Source of the DNA: Mytilus trossulus
Taxonomy: Eukaryota
Direction: 5' to 3'
NCBI RefSeq assembly: GCF_036588685.1
Contig: NC_086374.1
Span: 45,880,001 to 45,944,000 of the forward strand
DNA: 64,000 bases
The notes under the pieces: generated by a model
What the model was told of the DNA's origin: nothing
Database searches by the model: none
The model's input: the letters and a program-made list of their open reading frames with translations, nothing else
Made by a program: the position numbers and the translations under genes
Shown here: piece after piece, positions 1 to 11,908 of the stretch
Layout: each line of letters starts with the position of its first letter
Numbering within the stretch: the first letter of the stretch is position 1

Positions 1-532
1 AGTTGAATATTTAAATAAAATTGATTTTTCTTTGTCAGCCATTTTGGATATTACCGGAAGTAAGGATTTTGAATACATATGTTTTATACATTGCATCAAT
101 GAGAAGAACCATAGAAAGGTTCCCGCACAATGTTATGATAGTAGCAATATGTTAAAACACATTTCAATTACCCTCCCTAAAAAATAAGCTTATTTTAAAA
201 CAATGTTCGCCATGTTGGATTTTTCCGGAAGTAGGGGTTTTTAAGACCACTAATCTACATAATTTATCCAAAAGTAGTAAAAAACAAAGATTTGTACCAA
301 ATATTATGATAGTAGGATGATAATAACACCTATTCACATGCTAGCCTTCAATATTTGGCTGATTTAAGTACGATGTCCGCCATTTTGAATTTAACCGGAA
401 GTGAGACATTTTTTTCAAATACCTTCCTATCTGAAATGAAAGAGTAATAGTTGAGTAAGGTCTATGACAAATTTCATGCTTGTAGCAGATTGTGCACAAT
501 TCGTGTGAAATATGCTTGTAGCCGCCGGACTA
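1..532 (+). mobile_element. 3' part of a non-autonomous Helitron/Helentron-like element with ~170-bp internal periodicity
   Basis: GCCAT(T/G)TTG..CCGGAAGT module recurs at ~38-61, ~208-232 and ~378-402 (period 170-171). The element ends in aaatttcatgcttg...gccgccggacta followed by TTT. Family assignment is by resemblance only. Confidence 0.5.
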
Positions 533-1936
533 TTTCAGTTAAAAAAAAAATAATCACTAAGGGAAAAACTCGATGAATAACAATGATATTATAACACCAT
601 ATATCTAAATCATCTAAAAAGTTATGAATAATTTAATGTTTTTGTCTGTTTTCTGCCATCAGTAACACTAACCTATCCAGTCATGTTACCTTTAACTCAT
701 CAATTGAATTAAGAGCTTTTAAAACAGTCGTAGTTTTTATATGTAAATAAACATGCACATTCTAGTGTTCAGATAGACATACAATGTTTAATCATATACA
801 TTTTTGTAATTCTTTTTCCCACTATTTTTGTTTAAATCGCAGTTTACCGTTATAAACACTGTTTATATTGTCTCTCTGACCAACTGAGCATTCATTTCAT
901 ATATTTCATTTTGCATTATCAACTTACAATATGTATTATTAAATTCCAATGAATACCACTTTTCTTTATTTGCAATGCATGCATTAATAAGATTTGTGAT
1001 AAATTAATATCAGAAATACTTTCACATTATAAACAACATGTTTATTAACTCTTTGATCTGTTCTTATTGACGTTTTGACATTTAGTAATTTTGAAATTTC
1101 AAACGGACAACTGAATGATCAGCTCAAATTATCCTATAGAAAACATGTACATAGATAATACGCTTACACGAATTACCTTAAAAGTTTTAAAACTATTTGT
1201 ATCGTTAAACTAAATAGATTGTAACCGACTACTCATTATAGTTTTAGGTCAAAGTATACTGTTTTTAAGAAACTACTTCTTGACCGAATGCTCCCGCACA
1301 AACCTAACACTCAGACGTCACAAGTACCCAACCCAACATATAAATGTACGAGTTCAACAAACAACTAAAAAAGACGTAAGCAGTAAAATAACGTACAATG
1401 TTCCAGCTCGTTTAACAAAACGAAGTCGATACAGATTGATAAAAGTTTTTGTTTTATATTTTGTTATTTGTTGTAGGTTGTTATAAACCATTATATCGAC
1501 ATTTTATTGAAAAGCATGTATGATTTGTTTGTCGTTTTTTCTATTTGCAAAAATTAACCTTTCAATAACAAAAACTTAAAATTATAGGAATCACATATAA
1601 TATATCGTACCTTTAAAGTTAGAACAACCGATACCATTATATAACTATTAAAGCTTTTGTATGTTTTGTTTCCTTAAATAATACTAGTAGATAAATAGCG
1701 GTATCAAAATAAACCGCTTATATTATAAAAAAATAATAGCCACACTATTGGTCACCTCACGGTACTTAACAATGAACAAAACCGACACTACATAGCAAGG
1801 TATATATGGCATCGGCATAACATATGTTAAAAAATTTAGCGGCAAAACATCCGGCCTGATGTATTCACTAAACGAAAATGATTAGCAATATTTTTCAAAC
1901 ATACCAATTCAGTTTCTTTTTTTTTATCTTGAATTT

Positions 1937-4432
1937 TTATGTGAATTTCGGGTTTGACTCTATATCGACTTGCGGTGGTGCCTTAGTGACATCATTATGA
2001 TGGTAATCAACTTCTGGTTTATTGTTGACCTTAGTGCGGGGTCTTTTTACTCGCCTATTTCTTTTTGGCGATGTATCTCTCATTTCGGATGCAGTGTCTC
2101 TAACAAGCTCTTTATTTATACTTTGTGTTCTTAATAATCCCGATTGTGGCATATCCGCAGTACTTAAAATTTCTGTTTGTAACAATCCTTTCATTCTAAT
2201 TTGTTCTTTCATTTTACTTTCCATTGCTTCTCTGTCTTCCTCTGAAGCATATGTAGTTTGTAACGAATGTATTTTGAAAAAGTAACGAACATTAGGTTGC
2301 TTCGTAACTTGGTTCGAGTAGCTGATTTCTTTCTCTGGAAAAAATAATGTTCCTGGAGATTTAAATGTACGTCGTATACAACACATGCAAAAGATGTCTT
2401 CTAGAAACAAGACAACCGAAAGTTGCTGCAGTCGCCATTGTGCGTATCTATTTTCCAGAACCACTGCGCATGTTTGTGACATCATTGCTATAAGTGAATT
2501 TAACAGCAAGACGTAGGTCAGTAATGCAAACACAATGTAAAGTGCTATTGCTAAACCAGGAATTCTTGCTTCATTTAAAACGCCAAAATCATCCAAACCT
2601 AACATAAGCTTAAACATAGTGAGCATAGCACCTCCAAAACTACTGAAGTGTTCATTTACGGCATTATGGTAAGAGGGCGTTTTTTGTTCTGCATCCATTG
2701 ACCCAACAAAAGCGGCATAAATGCCTGCTGTAAATGCAAAAAACATGAACGAAATGAACACTGCAAATCGCAAAAGATCTCCAATAATGACTCTTTTTAT
2801 CATTTCTGTGAAAAAACTAAAAAGCCGAAAAGCGCGTAAGAAAAATACGGAAAACCACCAACCAGCAATTACGGCTAGTATTAAAGCAATATTATCATGT
2901 TTTTCCTTTGCAATTGTCATAAAGAAGTCAACAAATAAACACACAGAAAACACAATTAAAAAGAATATATATTCTAAGTTATGTAAAATATATCGAAACG
3001 CGTTCGGTCGCCTGGCTTTCGCAATCAGTAGCCATATAACTATAAGGCAATATGCTAGACCTCCAAGAAAAAGACTTATCCAGGAAACAACAGAGGCAAA
3101 CGTTCGAGATGATACTGAAACATGATTGCCCACAGTAGTTGTGTTTGGCGTAGTTTCGAGGGCATATAATTCAGACCTAATGACGAGTTCTGCAGTCATT
3201 GATACGGTCATCAACAAATGGATAAAGCCCCACGACAAATAAAAATACTTGAATGTTTGCCACTTTTCAAGAATTATATTCTTAACTGGTATGGTTTCAA
3301 TTATTCTAAAAGCAGATTGGTTCTGAAAGTCGTAATCAAACATCATTTCTAAAATTGATTCCGTTTTTGGATTATCAAACTGGCCACATTTAACATGGTT
3401 GCAATTCGTGTTTGATGCAATTGTTATACGAGGCACGCCAACAACATTTCTGGCAACTTTTTTATGTTTAGAGCCTACATCCGCATTTCTAATAGTGGCT
3501 ACATGTTGGTTAGCAACCGTGTCAATTTCGGTAATGTCGTATAATTTGACGTCAAAAAGGCCGTCGTGGGTGCTAACAAACGAGTAGACGTTTTCTAGGT
3601 TTATTATATATTGGAAAATTTCCACCACTCCAAGTTTAGCGGAAAGTTGTAATGGTGTCAAGCAATCGTTGTTTTCCAAAACCCACATATTCAACTCGTC
3701 TTTCAAGATTATGTCGGTATCCTTACTTTGAAATCGACCATTAATTGAAATATCCTTTTGTTTTATCTTATCTGTGAGATATGTTAACATTTTTATCACG
3801 CTGTCAGATTTGTTTGGATAAATGGCAGCATATTTCACTAGAGAATGGAAAACGGTGTCTCCGGAACTATTTTTTGCACGCATTTTAGGTTTTTTATCCA
3901 ATAAAATTTCCATGATGTTTTCATCTAAAGTCAAAGCTGCTACATGTAAAGGTAACTCTCCCATCATAACCGTATTTGTAAAAATACTGCCAGTTGCCTT
4001 TGTCTTCAGAATAGACTTCATGTGTTTTGAATCTGAAAGCAGTAGTTTAGTTACTTCATAATCACGTTTTGTTATCGCGATATGAAGTGGTGTTTGTCCT
4101 TTGTAATTTTTTGAATCTCCTCTTGAAAAAGTCAGTAATTCGGGACACAGTTTAACTATTTTTCTTATCATTTCCGAATGATCCGAGTATTTAACAGCGA
4201 TATGAAGTAAAGTTTCACTTTCTTCTTCGTCTTCAAAAAAATGCTTAATGTAATTTTTTAAAGGACTATTTTTCACGTCATTTATTCTGTCATCTATCAT
4301 GTCGAGAAGATTATGTACGTTTTCCTTAGACAAATTTGAATTGGTTTTTATTTTAGACGACAAGATATGTAAAAAATCACTAGGTTGTTTTTCAAGCATT
4401 TCGACGAAGTATTGTCGTTCGTCTTCCTCCAT
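1937..4432 (-). CDS. TRPV: TRPV-family (TRPV5/6-like) Ca2+-permeable cation channel, paralog A, 831 aa, single coding exon
   Basis: Ankyrin repeats (ETLLHIAV, YKGQTPLHIAI, MGELPLHVAA, GDTVFHSLV, LTPLQLSAKLG), LYDITEID linker, six hydrophobic segments, pore FSSFGGAMLTMFKLMLGLDD, S6 YVLLLNSLIAMMSQT, TRP box WRLQ. Splice acceptor ttttatcag|G at 4461/4460, and an in-frame TGA 27 nt upstream of the ATG supports this start. Confidence 0.95.
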   Translation of the reverse strand: MEEDERQYFVEMLEKQPSDFLHILSSKIKTNSNLSKENVHNLLDMIDDRINDVKNSPLKNYIKHFFEDEEESETLLHIAVKYSDHSEMIRKIVKLCPELLTFSRGDSKNYKGQTPLHIAITKRDYEVTKLLLSDSKHMKSILKTKATGSIFTNTVMMGELPLHVAALTLDENIMEILLDKKPKMRAKNSSGDTVFHSLVKYAAIYPNKSDSVIKMLTYLTDKIKQKDISINGRFQSKDTDIILKDELNMWVLENNDCLTPLQLSAKLGVVEIFQYIINLENVYSFVSTHDGLFDVKLYDITEIDTVANQHVATIRNADVGSKHKKVARNVVGVPRITIASNTNCNHVKCGQFDNPKTESILEMMFDYDFQNQSAFRIIETIPVKNIILEKWQTFKYFYLSWGFIHLLMTVSMTAELVIRSELYALETTPNTTTVGNHVSVSSRTFASVVSWISLFLGGLAYCLIVIWLLIAKARRPNAFRYILHNLEYIFFLIVFSVCLFVDFFMTIAKEKHDNIALILAVIAGWWFSVFFLRAFRLFSFFTEMIKRVIIGDLLRFAVFISFMFFAFTAGIYAAFVGSMDAEQKTPSYHNAVNEHFSSFGGAMLTMFKLMLGLDDFGVLNEARIPGLAIALYIVFALLTYVLLLNSLIAMMSQTCAVVLENRYAQWRLQQLSVVLFLEDIFCMCCIRRTFKSPGTLFFPEKEISYSNQVTKQPNVRYFFKIHSLQTTYASEEDREAMESKMKEQIRMKGLLQTEILSTADMPQSGLLRTQSINKELVRDTASEMRDTSPKRNRRVKRPRTKVNNKPEVDYHHNDVTKAPPQVDIESNPKFT

Positions 4433-6352
4433 TTTCGTCTTTGATTTGTTCTTCTGTCACCTGATAAAATAATATACAGTCCTATTTAATTTATTTTTTA
4501 AATTATTTCTTAAAGTATGTTTCCTTGTTAATGCAAAATTCTGATTTTTTTATTCAGTCGTGCATTACAGTAGTTTATCAATGTTCATATTTTATAATTC
4601 AATAAAGATAACAGGTCAAGGTTACACGCATATATATAAAGAACTTAACATTAATCAAAACAAATGTTGATTACTACTACTACTACTACTAGACCTTTTC
4701 AACATCTCTCGACACCTACAGTTGAGAACGACTACGACAGGTTAAATGTGAGGGGTCGTCTCAAAAAAAAAATTGAAATCATTATTGATTTAATTGCTTT
4801 CATTGACAGTGATAAACTTTCCTGCAGAGTCCAATTAACATGGAATTTTTTTAGATTTATCGTAAAGAAAATAATAAACTTTAAGTCACATTTCATCTTT
4901 TTAGGCGTTGAACTTTTAGCTAACCTGGTGGAATTTGGAAAATGAAAAAAACAAAGCATGTTTGATTGTAGTTGATATTTAATTAAACAATGTTTTATAT
5001 CTGTTGATAAGGGCGGCACATGTTTCCACAATGTCTGTTAGTTTTGGCCTTGTGTGCCTCCATAATGTACTGAATACTTTGTATATTTTCAATTCACCAA
5101 ATGATTTAGTGTTCCACTTGAATTCTGTATCCACCAATCATGCGATTAAGGTTTTTGCTCTTTCTTTCAAATGTTCTGGCTTACGATTTATATGAGGTGT
5201 TGAAATGGTGTAACTAAAGGATGACGATTTGGATAAACTTTGTCTCTAAGGAGAACACAGTCCTCCGGGAAATGCAGCTGATTATTTCTCCATATTTTGA
5301 TTCAAAACCTCTCTTAAGTATGGTCATATAGATGAGATACAAAAAAATCTTAAGTACGAAAAAAACTCGAAAAAAGTACAAAACTTTGTTCCAGAAATTG
5401 GATATAGAGAAATAAATTTTGACCCGATGAAAACAAAACAAAATATAGCAATGCCATTGCATAAATAAAATTAACGAAATTTGATCACTTTCTTGTAAGA
5501 AACCCAAAGGTCATTTTCAGGAACAGGGAAAGGACACTATGACGAAGGGACAATGTATGTTGTTTTCGGGACATCAAACCCCTGCTTAGCACTGTGCATG
5601 TTGATTTTGCAATGTCAATAACCTCTATAGTATTAACTAACAACTTGAAATATGAATTCCATACGCAGGTACATGTAATACACTGCTTATGATGTTGTAA
5701 CATTAAAACGAGAAGTCAATTATATTTTGTTTTCTAAAATATTTATCATGAAAAATATCAACTCGAACAAAATATCTTTAAGCGGAAAAGTCCGCCGTTG
5801 ATAAAAAAAAAATAGATGTGATAATTTTCTTAGACCTTCAAAATCAATTAGTGATTATCCCTTCAGATTTTGAATATGTACATCAACTAAGGTAACGATC
5901 GATTAAAAATATACCAATTTCGTCATGTTCACAAGGGTGATACGGACGTACGAACAGTCCAGTAATTCTTTTTCATAAATTTTGGAAAATTTCATAAAAG
6001 CTTTTACACCAACAAGTTAATCTTTATCTACATGCGACAAACATTTGGTAAAGGACTCACAAAATCATAAAATTGAAGAGAAAGCGGATCAGGATGCAGG
6101 ATGGTTGCTGTATTTGTTTTAATCAATTCAACATGAAATGTCGTGTAAATACATACGAAATAAGAATATTATATGACAGAGAAATATATTTATTTGTTTA
6201 TTTGGTTCATATATATTCTGAAGCTGTACAGTCAAGACAATATATAACCGCCAATCCAATATGTTACGTATTGATTTTCATGATGGTTTTTGTCTTTGAG
6301 ACGACCCATCTATTTTACCTGTAAACTGTAGATGTCATTAGTCGGTGTCGAG

Positions 6353-6592
6353 NNNNNNNNNNNNNNNNNNNNNNNNNNNNNNNNNNNNNNNNNNNNNNNN
6401 NNNNNNNNNNNNNNNNNNNNNNNNNNNNNNNNNNNNNNNNNNNNNNNNNNNNNNNNNNNNNNNNNNNNNNNNNNNNNNNNNNNNNNNNNNNNNNNNNNNN
6501 NNNNNNNNNNNNNNNNNNNNNNNNNNNNNNNNNNNNNNNNNNNNNNNNNNNNNNNNNNNNNNNNNNNNNNNNNNNNNNNNNNNNNNNNNNNN
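6353..6592. other. Assembly gap (240 N)
   Basis: Run of N. Confidence 1.
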
Positions 6593-6599
6593 GACGCTT

Positions 6600-7600
6600 A
6601 AAAATAGCCTACGCCGGACAGACAAACCCGTTCATGTTGTAGGCATTACAGATACCAAGGTTAAAAGTTATATGGGGAACCTTCAATTGATAACATGAAA
6701 TCATTAATTTAAACATGAGAAAAACAATTAAGACTGTTTTGGAAAATATTGAGCTGCTACTTATTGCAAAGTCCCAGATATTTAACTAAAGAAAATTGAT
6801 AGCTGCTGTTTTAAATATATTTTGGGAAGAAAGAAACGACAAAGTCAAAAGAAACACACATATCGGCGAATACCAAAAAGGGGGACTAAGAATTATTTTG
6901 ATGGTTATTTTACAGTACTGAAAGCCTCGTGGGTCTCCAAATTAACAACAATCGCTCTAATAAAAAAAAACGTAACTACAATTCCCTTCCCTTTCATAAA
7001 TGTGACCTACCGAATTAGACTATTTACCAGATTTTATATCTCATAAGTAATACGACGGGTGCCACATGTGGAGCAGATTGCTTACCCTTCCGGAGCACCT
7101 GAGATCACCCACTAGTTTTGATGGGGTTCGTGTTGTTTATTCTTTAGTTTTCTATGTTGTGTCGTGTGTACTATTGTTTGTCTGTTTGTCTTATTAATTT
7201 TTACCCATGGCGTTGTCAGTTTATTTTCAATTTATGAGTTTGGCTGTCCCTTTGGTATCTTTCGTCCCTCTTTTTTAATCTTACAAAATATTTTTACTAT
7301 TGTGGTAAAATCTTTCTTGTCTTTTTACATGAATTTAGATTACATAACATCACTAAATGAGCTTCGAAAAATACCTGATTTGTATTGACAAGTAATTTCA
7401 AGTTGGGTGAAAACAAGAAGAGGTTTAGCAAAACTTTCTAATCCCTTTTCGAATACCAGCAAACATACTATTTGGAGAAATAAACATATCAAAAAATCGC
7501 TATAAAGCTTGTTCTTTCCGAACTGGGTTAAAATGGATTGGTGTATATAAACGACATATTGGATCATGATGGAAAATTAATCGAAAGTTTTATTTTAGAA
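6600..7600 (+). mobile_element. Degraded L1/Tx1-clade LINE ORF2 fragment (region C-terminal to RT), interrupted by a dispersed repeat at ~6977-7276
   Basis: Frameshifted translation gives TDKPVHVVGI..., WEERNDKVKRNTHIGEYQKGGLR, FDGYFTVLKASWVSKL, then after the insertion IWRNKHIK, SLFFPNWVK, GLVYINDILDHDGKL. These match typical Tx1/L1 ORF2 motifs (KIKR..GGL, LK..W, IW.N..I, G+..I.D+). Confidence 0.75.
6977..7276 (+). repeat. Dispersed ~300-bp repeat family (copies also ~18489-18780 and ~25895-26150 on minus)
   Basis: Shared blocks aatgtgacctaccgaatta, gggtgccacat, ccggagcacctgaga and tttagttttctatgttgtgt..tgtactattgtttgtctgttt occur reverse-complemented at the other two loci. Confidence 0.75.
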
Positions 7601-8009
7601 AAGTTAATTATTAATTCAATCTGCAATGCATATTTTTAGATGTTGCAATATTAAAAAAGAATGGCTGCAGGTTTAAAAATAAACTCCGTTAAAAGTATAG
7701 ATATCTACAATAAAATAAACTATAATACTTAAGTAAAAATATATATGGCCAATCAGTATTTATATTTTGATAAGATACTTAATTACAATGCACACCACAT
7801 ATGTCATTTGTATACCATTTTATATTAAGAATCTAATAGAAAACAAGTTTTTTTCAGATGGAAACTACTTCAGTATTTCATTCCAACAAAACAGTTATTA
7901 TTTAAACGGAAAATATCTGAGAATGATAAGTGCATTTTTCGTAAAACAAAAGAAGAAGATGTGTTCCTGACACGTAGTGTTGTCATTTTAGGAATGTTTT
8001 TTTTTTCAA

Positions 8010-8295
8010 AATTGCCATATAATCGTGACAGGAGGTTTGACTAGCCATAGAACCCACATTTTCTTAAAATGTCCTGCACATATTCAGGAATAAGACAGTT
8101 GTTTTTTAATGATTTGTTTCTATGTCTGGTGCAATGGCTTTTGTTTTTGTTGCACTTCAAGCACTTCTGTTGTTCCGTTGTTTTACTCTTATAGTTGATG
8201 AGTTTCCATCGGTTTTAGCTTGTAACCCGGCTTTGTTTTCTCTCAATCGATTTATAATTTTGAAACAGCGGTGAACAACTGTTGTCTTTATTTAT
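8010..8295 (+). repeat. Dispersed repeat family (related copies ~9255-9460 plus, ~17203-17472 minus)
   Basis: Shared blocks ttgccata..ggaggtttg..tagcca, ctcttatagttgatg, tgtaacccgg..ttgttt..ctcaatcgattta and cagcggt. Confidence 0.65.
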
Positions 8296-10532
8296 TAATC
8301 AGTGAAGCTCGATTGAAAAATAATAAAATTACTATATGAGATGTTAAAACAGCGATCAATATGGAATATGCATGAAACGCCTTTTCCATACTTTCGAGAA
8401 CAAAACGACTCTTGATATAGCGCAAAAAACTATGACTGGCAACTGGAAACTGTTAAGATGTCTTTTTATAGTGTGCAGGCAGCTATATAATAATTAAAAA
8501 TAAAATAAACTTTTAAATAAAGTTTAGTGTACCAGATTTTAACTTAAATTACCTGCAGAGTGTCAGATGTACTCCTTTTTAACTATTTTACCATAAGTAA
8601 ACGTTATACTTTGATTTCCGACTTTATTTTCAACATTGCAAATTCTTTGTCATTCCATTCGAAAACATAATATATACCTTGTTTCCGATTTTAATTTCAA
8701 CATTGTTCTTTGTCATTCTCTATATACCAAGAATATATTCGTTTATTTACCAATGTCAAGATTGTTTTTACGACAAAGTAGGATTACCGATTTAAACATT
8801 TCTTGTAAATTATCATTAGATGTTCAAGTTCAACATTAAAGTCAGATGAAATATCAAATATATCCACAAAAGAGGTTTATATTTTATATACTAGAATATT
8901 AAATTTTTTGCTATAAAAAAATACACTTAGACTTGAAAGAAAATCTTTATTTTTATTGTCTGGCGCAAATTCACAATTTAAATTCCGGTATCTATGATGA
9001 GTTTTATATTTCCTTTATTTTATGCAACTTTCAGAAACGGAATACTGTTGAAGTATAGTTTTCACAGATTCTAAATTGCCGAAAACTTTTACGTGTTTAG
9101 TGCAATTATTTTTTAGAATATAAATTATGTCGTTAATGCGGTATGAGTTATGTGCATTGTTGGAACCGTTGGTAACCTATATACTATGGTTGTTAATTTC
9201 AATGTATATCATAGGGAGTTATCTCATTGTCGGTCATACCCCATCTTTGTGTGTCCTGTACCAGGTCAGGAATGTTGTAGTTTTATCAAACAGTTTGCTA
9301 AGTATGTTGGTGTTTGTTTTAGTATCAGTTAAGGTTTTCTGAAGTTCTATTGTATTCCTCTTATAGTTGATGTGTTTCCCTCGGTGTTGGTTTGTGACCC
9401 TTATATTTGTTTTCGATTAGTCGATTTTTGACTATTGAGCAGCGGTATACTATTTTTCCCCTTATTATTTTATTATTAACAATGACACCTCTCGTTAGAT
9501 AATCGGTAATAAAATAGCGCAAGTGCAAAGGAAAAGAAAACCCGTGATGAAAAAAAGAAAAAAAATAACATCACTCTTTCGTCTCACTTATTATACACGT
9601 TCTTCTTGATACTGTGTTGGCTGTTTAACAAGTTCGTGATAAAAAAAAAGTCCTCATCAAAATCCTTATTTAATTAGCAGCCAAAGTCTTCGAATTAAAT
9701 ATTTTTTGTCGATACGTTTAAATATTCTTAATCAATGTTAATACATTGATATAGATTTGCTTTGTATGCGATTATATTGACACAAAAAAATCGCAGCAAT
9801 TTAAGATTCTACTTTGCCATATTTGATAAAAAAAAAAAAAAAAAAAAAAAAAAACAATCCAGTTTTAATTAAACTGCTAAAACGAATTTTTCATGTTTTC
9901 ACTAGAATTATTTTTTAAATTATACTTAAAAGTAACAGTATACTTAAATGAATTCAAAACTTTTAAAACACGCCGTTATTACAGAAGTGTAAGAAGTCGA
10001 AATACAGATCAATCAATTAAATCACAATGTGTCAATGATATAACGATTTATACTGCACTCGATCGTTCTAATTGTGCAATCAAAATGCGTTCACCAAAGT
10101 CATGTACAGTCAATGACCTGATATCACTTTTCCTCATGAATATCAAAATAGAAATTGCTAACTTATAATTAATTATTCCTACGAGCTATTCAACTTGTTC
10201 ATGTTTTCAATGTATACAATGAATCAAACTTATTCAATTTTAGAAAAAAAAACATATTTCACTTCTTTTTTTTATATTTTTGATTTGCAAACTATAAATC
10301 ATTATGTTTATGCTTTTTGTGATAATTTAGTTCATTCTCAAACAAATTCGTTCCTCATCGATTGCGAGTTTCAACATGTAATGTACATTTCATTGTGTTG
10401 TATATTTCTCCGCCTGCATGATCAGAGGCCTTTTTTTTTATAAAAGGGAAAGTATCCATATATTTAGATCAAATAGCAACATAAACACATTAAACAACCA
10501 TTATAAATGTTTTTTTTTAGATTGCAGTATAA

Positions 10533-10658
10533 AGACAATAATAGTGCATTGACTTGACACATCAACGATATAAGGATTCGGCCCGAGTCTCGCATTTCCC
10601 CGTCATCTACGCCTCATCCTTATCGTTAATATGTCAAGTCAATGCTCTATTATTGTCT
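10533..10658. mobile_element. Short palindromic MITE-like element (~45-bp arms)
   Basis: agacaataatagtgcattgacttgacacatcaacgatataaggat pairs with atccttatcgttaatatgtcaagtcaatgctctattattgtct around a ~38-bp GC-richer spacer. TA-rich flanks. Confidence 0.7.
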
Positions 10659-11828
10659 ATCTATAATATTTCAACAAATATCACTCTAAATGCACTATCA
10701 TGATACTAGAAAAATTAAACAACTCAATTGATAAAACAAAATCCTTTTCCTTGCAGTCAAAACTTTATCAGGATTAGTATTGAAAGTGTAAATCATTTTC
10801 ATTCTCTATCACTGTATAAAGAACATTTTTGACTTGGTTTATGTTGTTTAATTGGTTGTTTTGTTCAACTTTCAACATATTGGGAGAGTTATCAAAACGA
10901 AACACCAAATGACAATACTAGTCAATTAGTATTGGAGTCAAACGCTACTAGCCACGAGTTCAGTTCGAAATCAGACTGGTGATTTATTTTTATTGTTTAA
11001 AAGCATTCATGCAACATAAGTTTAGTGATTCCAGACTTATCTCAGTAGCGTTCACCAAAATTTACAAAAAATATTATAAATCGTCGTTACAAAAAACAAG
11101 ATTGACTGATAATTGGTCATAACTTTACATATACATACATGTAATATTTTTATCTATGGGCTTATAGATTAACAAAAGTATAAATTACTCTTATCACTTA
11201 CATTGAATGCTAGGGCAGACATATTTATTATCTGTTTTATATACATGTAATGTGTGCTATTCCTATTCAACTCTTTTTACTTATCACATTTTTTTATTGT
11301 ATTTCATGTCATAAATGTGACAGTTGTTATTTAAATTTCATATGAACAACATATAAATGTGCAAACATAACATTTATAAATACCAAATATGCATTTCTAT
11401 ATTCTATAATTTAGTGAACTCACAACCCATATAAGCCTATTCTGTTTTGTAATAAGTGAAAAAGACAAACGTCATCAATTATTATATTCTAAAATATTGA
11501 AAAGTCAAAAAGTCTAGAGTTATTTACTCTTGACTATAAATTTGCAAAAACCTTTTGGGAGCAGATACCGCCCATGCCATTTTCGCTTAAATTAACCAAT
11601 AAATGATATATTTATCACAATGATAAATGAAATTGTTAACCTGCCAGTGGAAGCTAGGGAAGTAGAGAAGGACATTAAGTCATAAAATTTCTATATGTTT
11701 TTCCCTCATCAGCTATTTTATGAAGATACTAAAGCTTGAAACATGTGCTTGATGTAGCGCCCCCATATTTATATAGAAAACTCATTGAATATTCCATCTT
11801 TGCTAGCCAAGGGTTATGATCCACCTCC

Positions 11829-11908
11829 GTATCAACTTTACTAAATACTATTTCTAGGCATATCAATAAATACTAAATACTATATATAGCCGATAGCCAA
11901 GCAATACT
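11829..11908 (-). repeat. 80-bp terminal direct repeat of the YR retroelement (outer copy; inner copy 12512-12591)
   Basis: gtatcaactttactaaatac...gatagcc(a/c)agcaatact, 79/80 identical between the copies. Confidence 0.95.

Noticed and set aside
2022-4061. Plus-strand ORFs overlapping TRPV-A (and equivalents over TRPV-B, 29991-32651)
   Set aside because: Antisense shadows of the real coding strand. Their similarity between the two loci simply mirrors the paralogy.
6332-6698. ORFs spanning the N run
   Set aside because: Open only because of gap characters.
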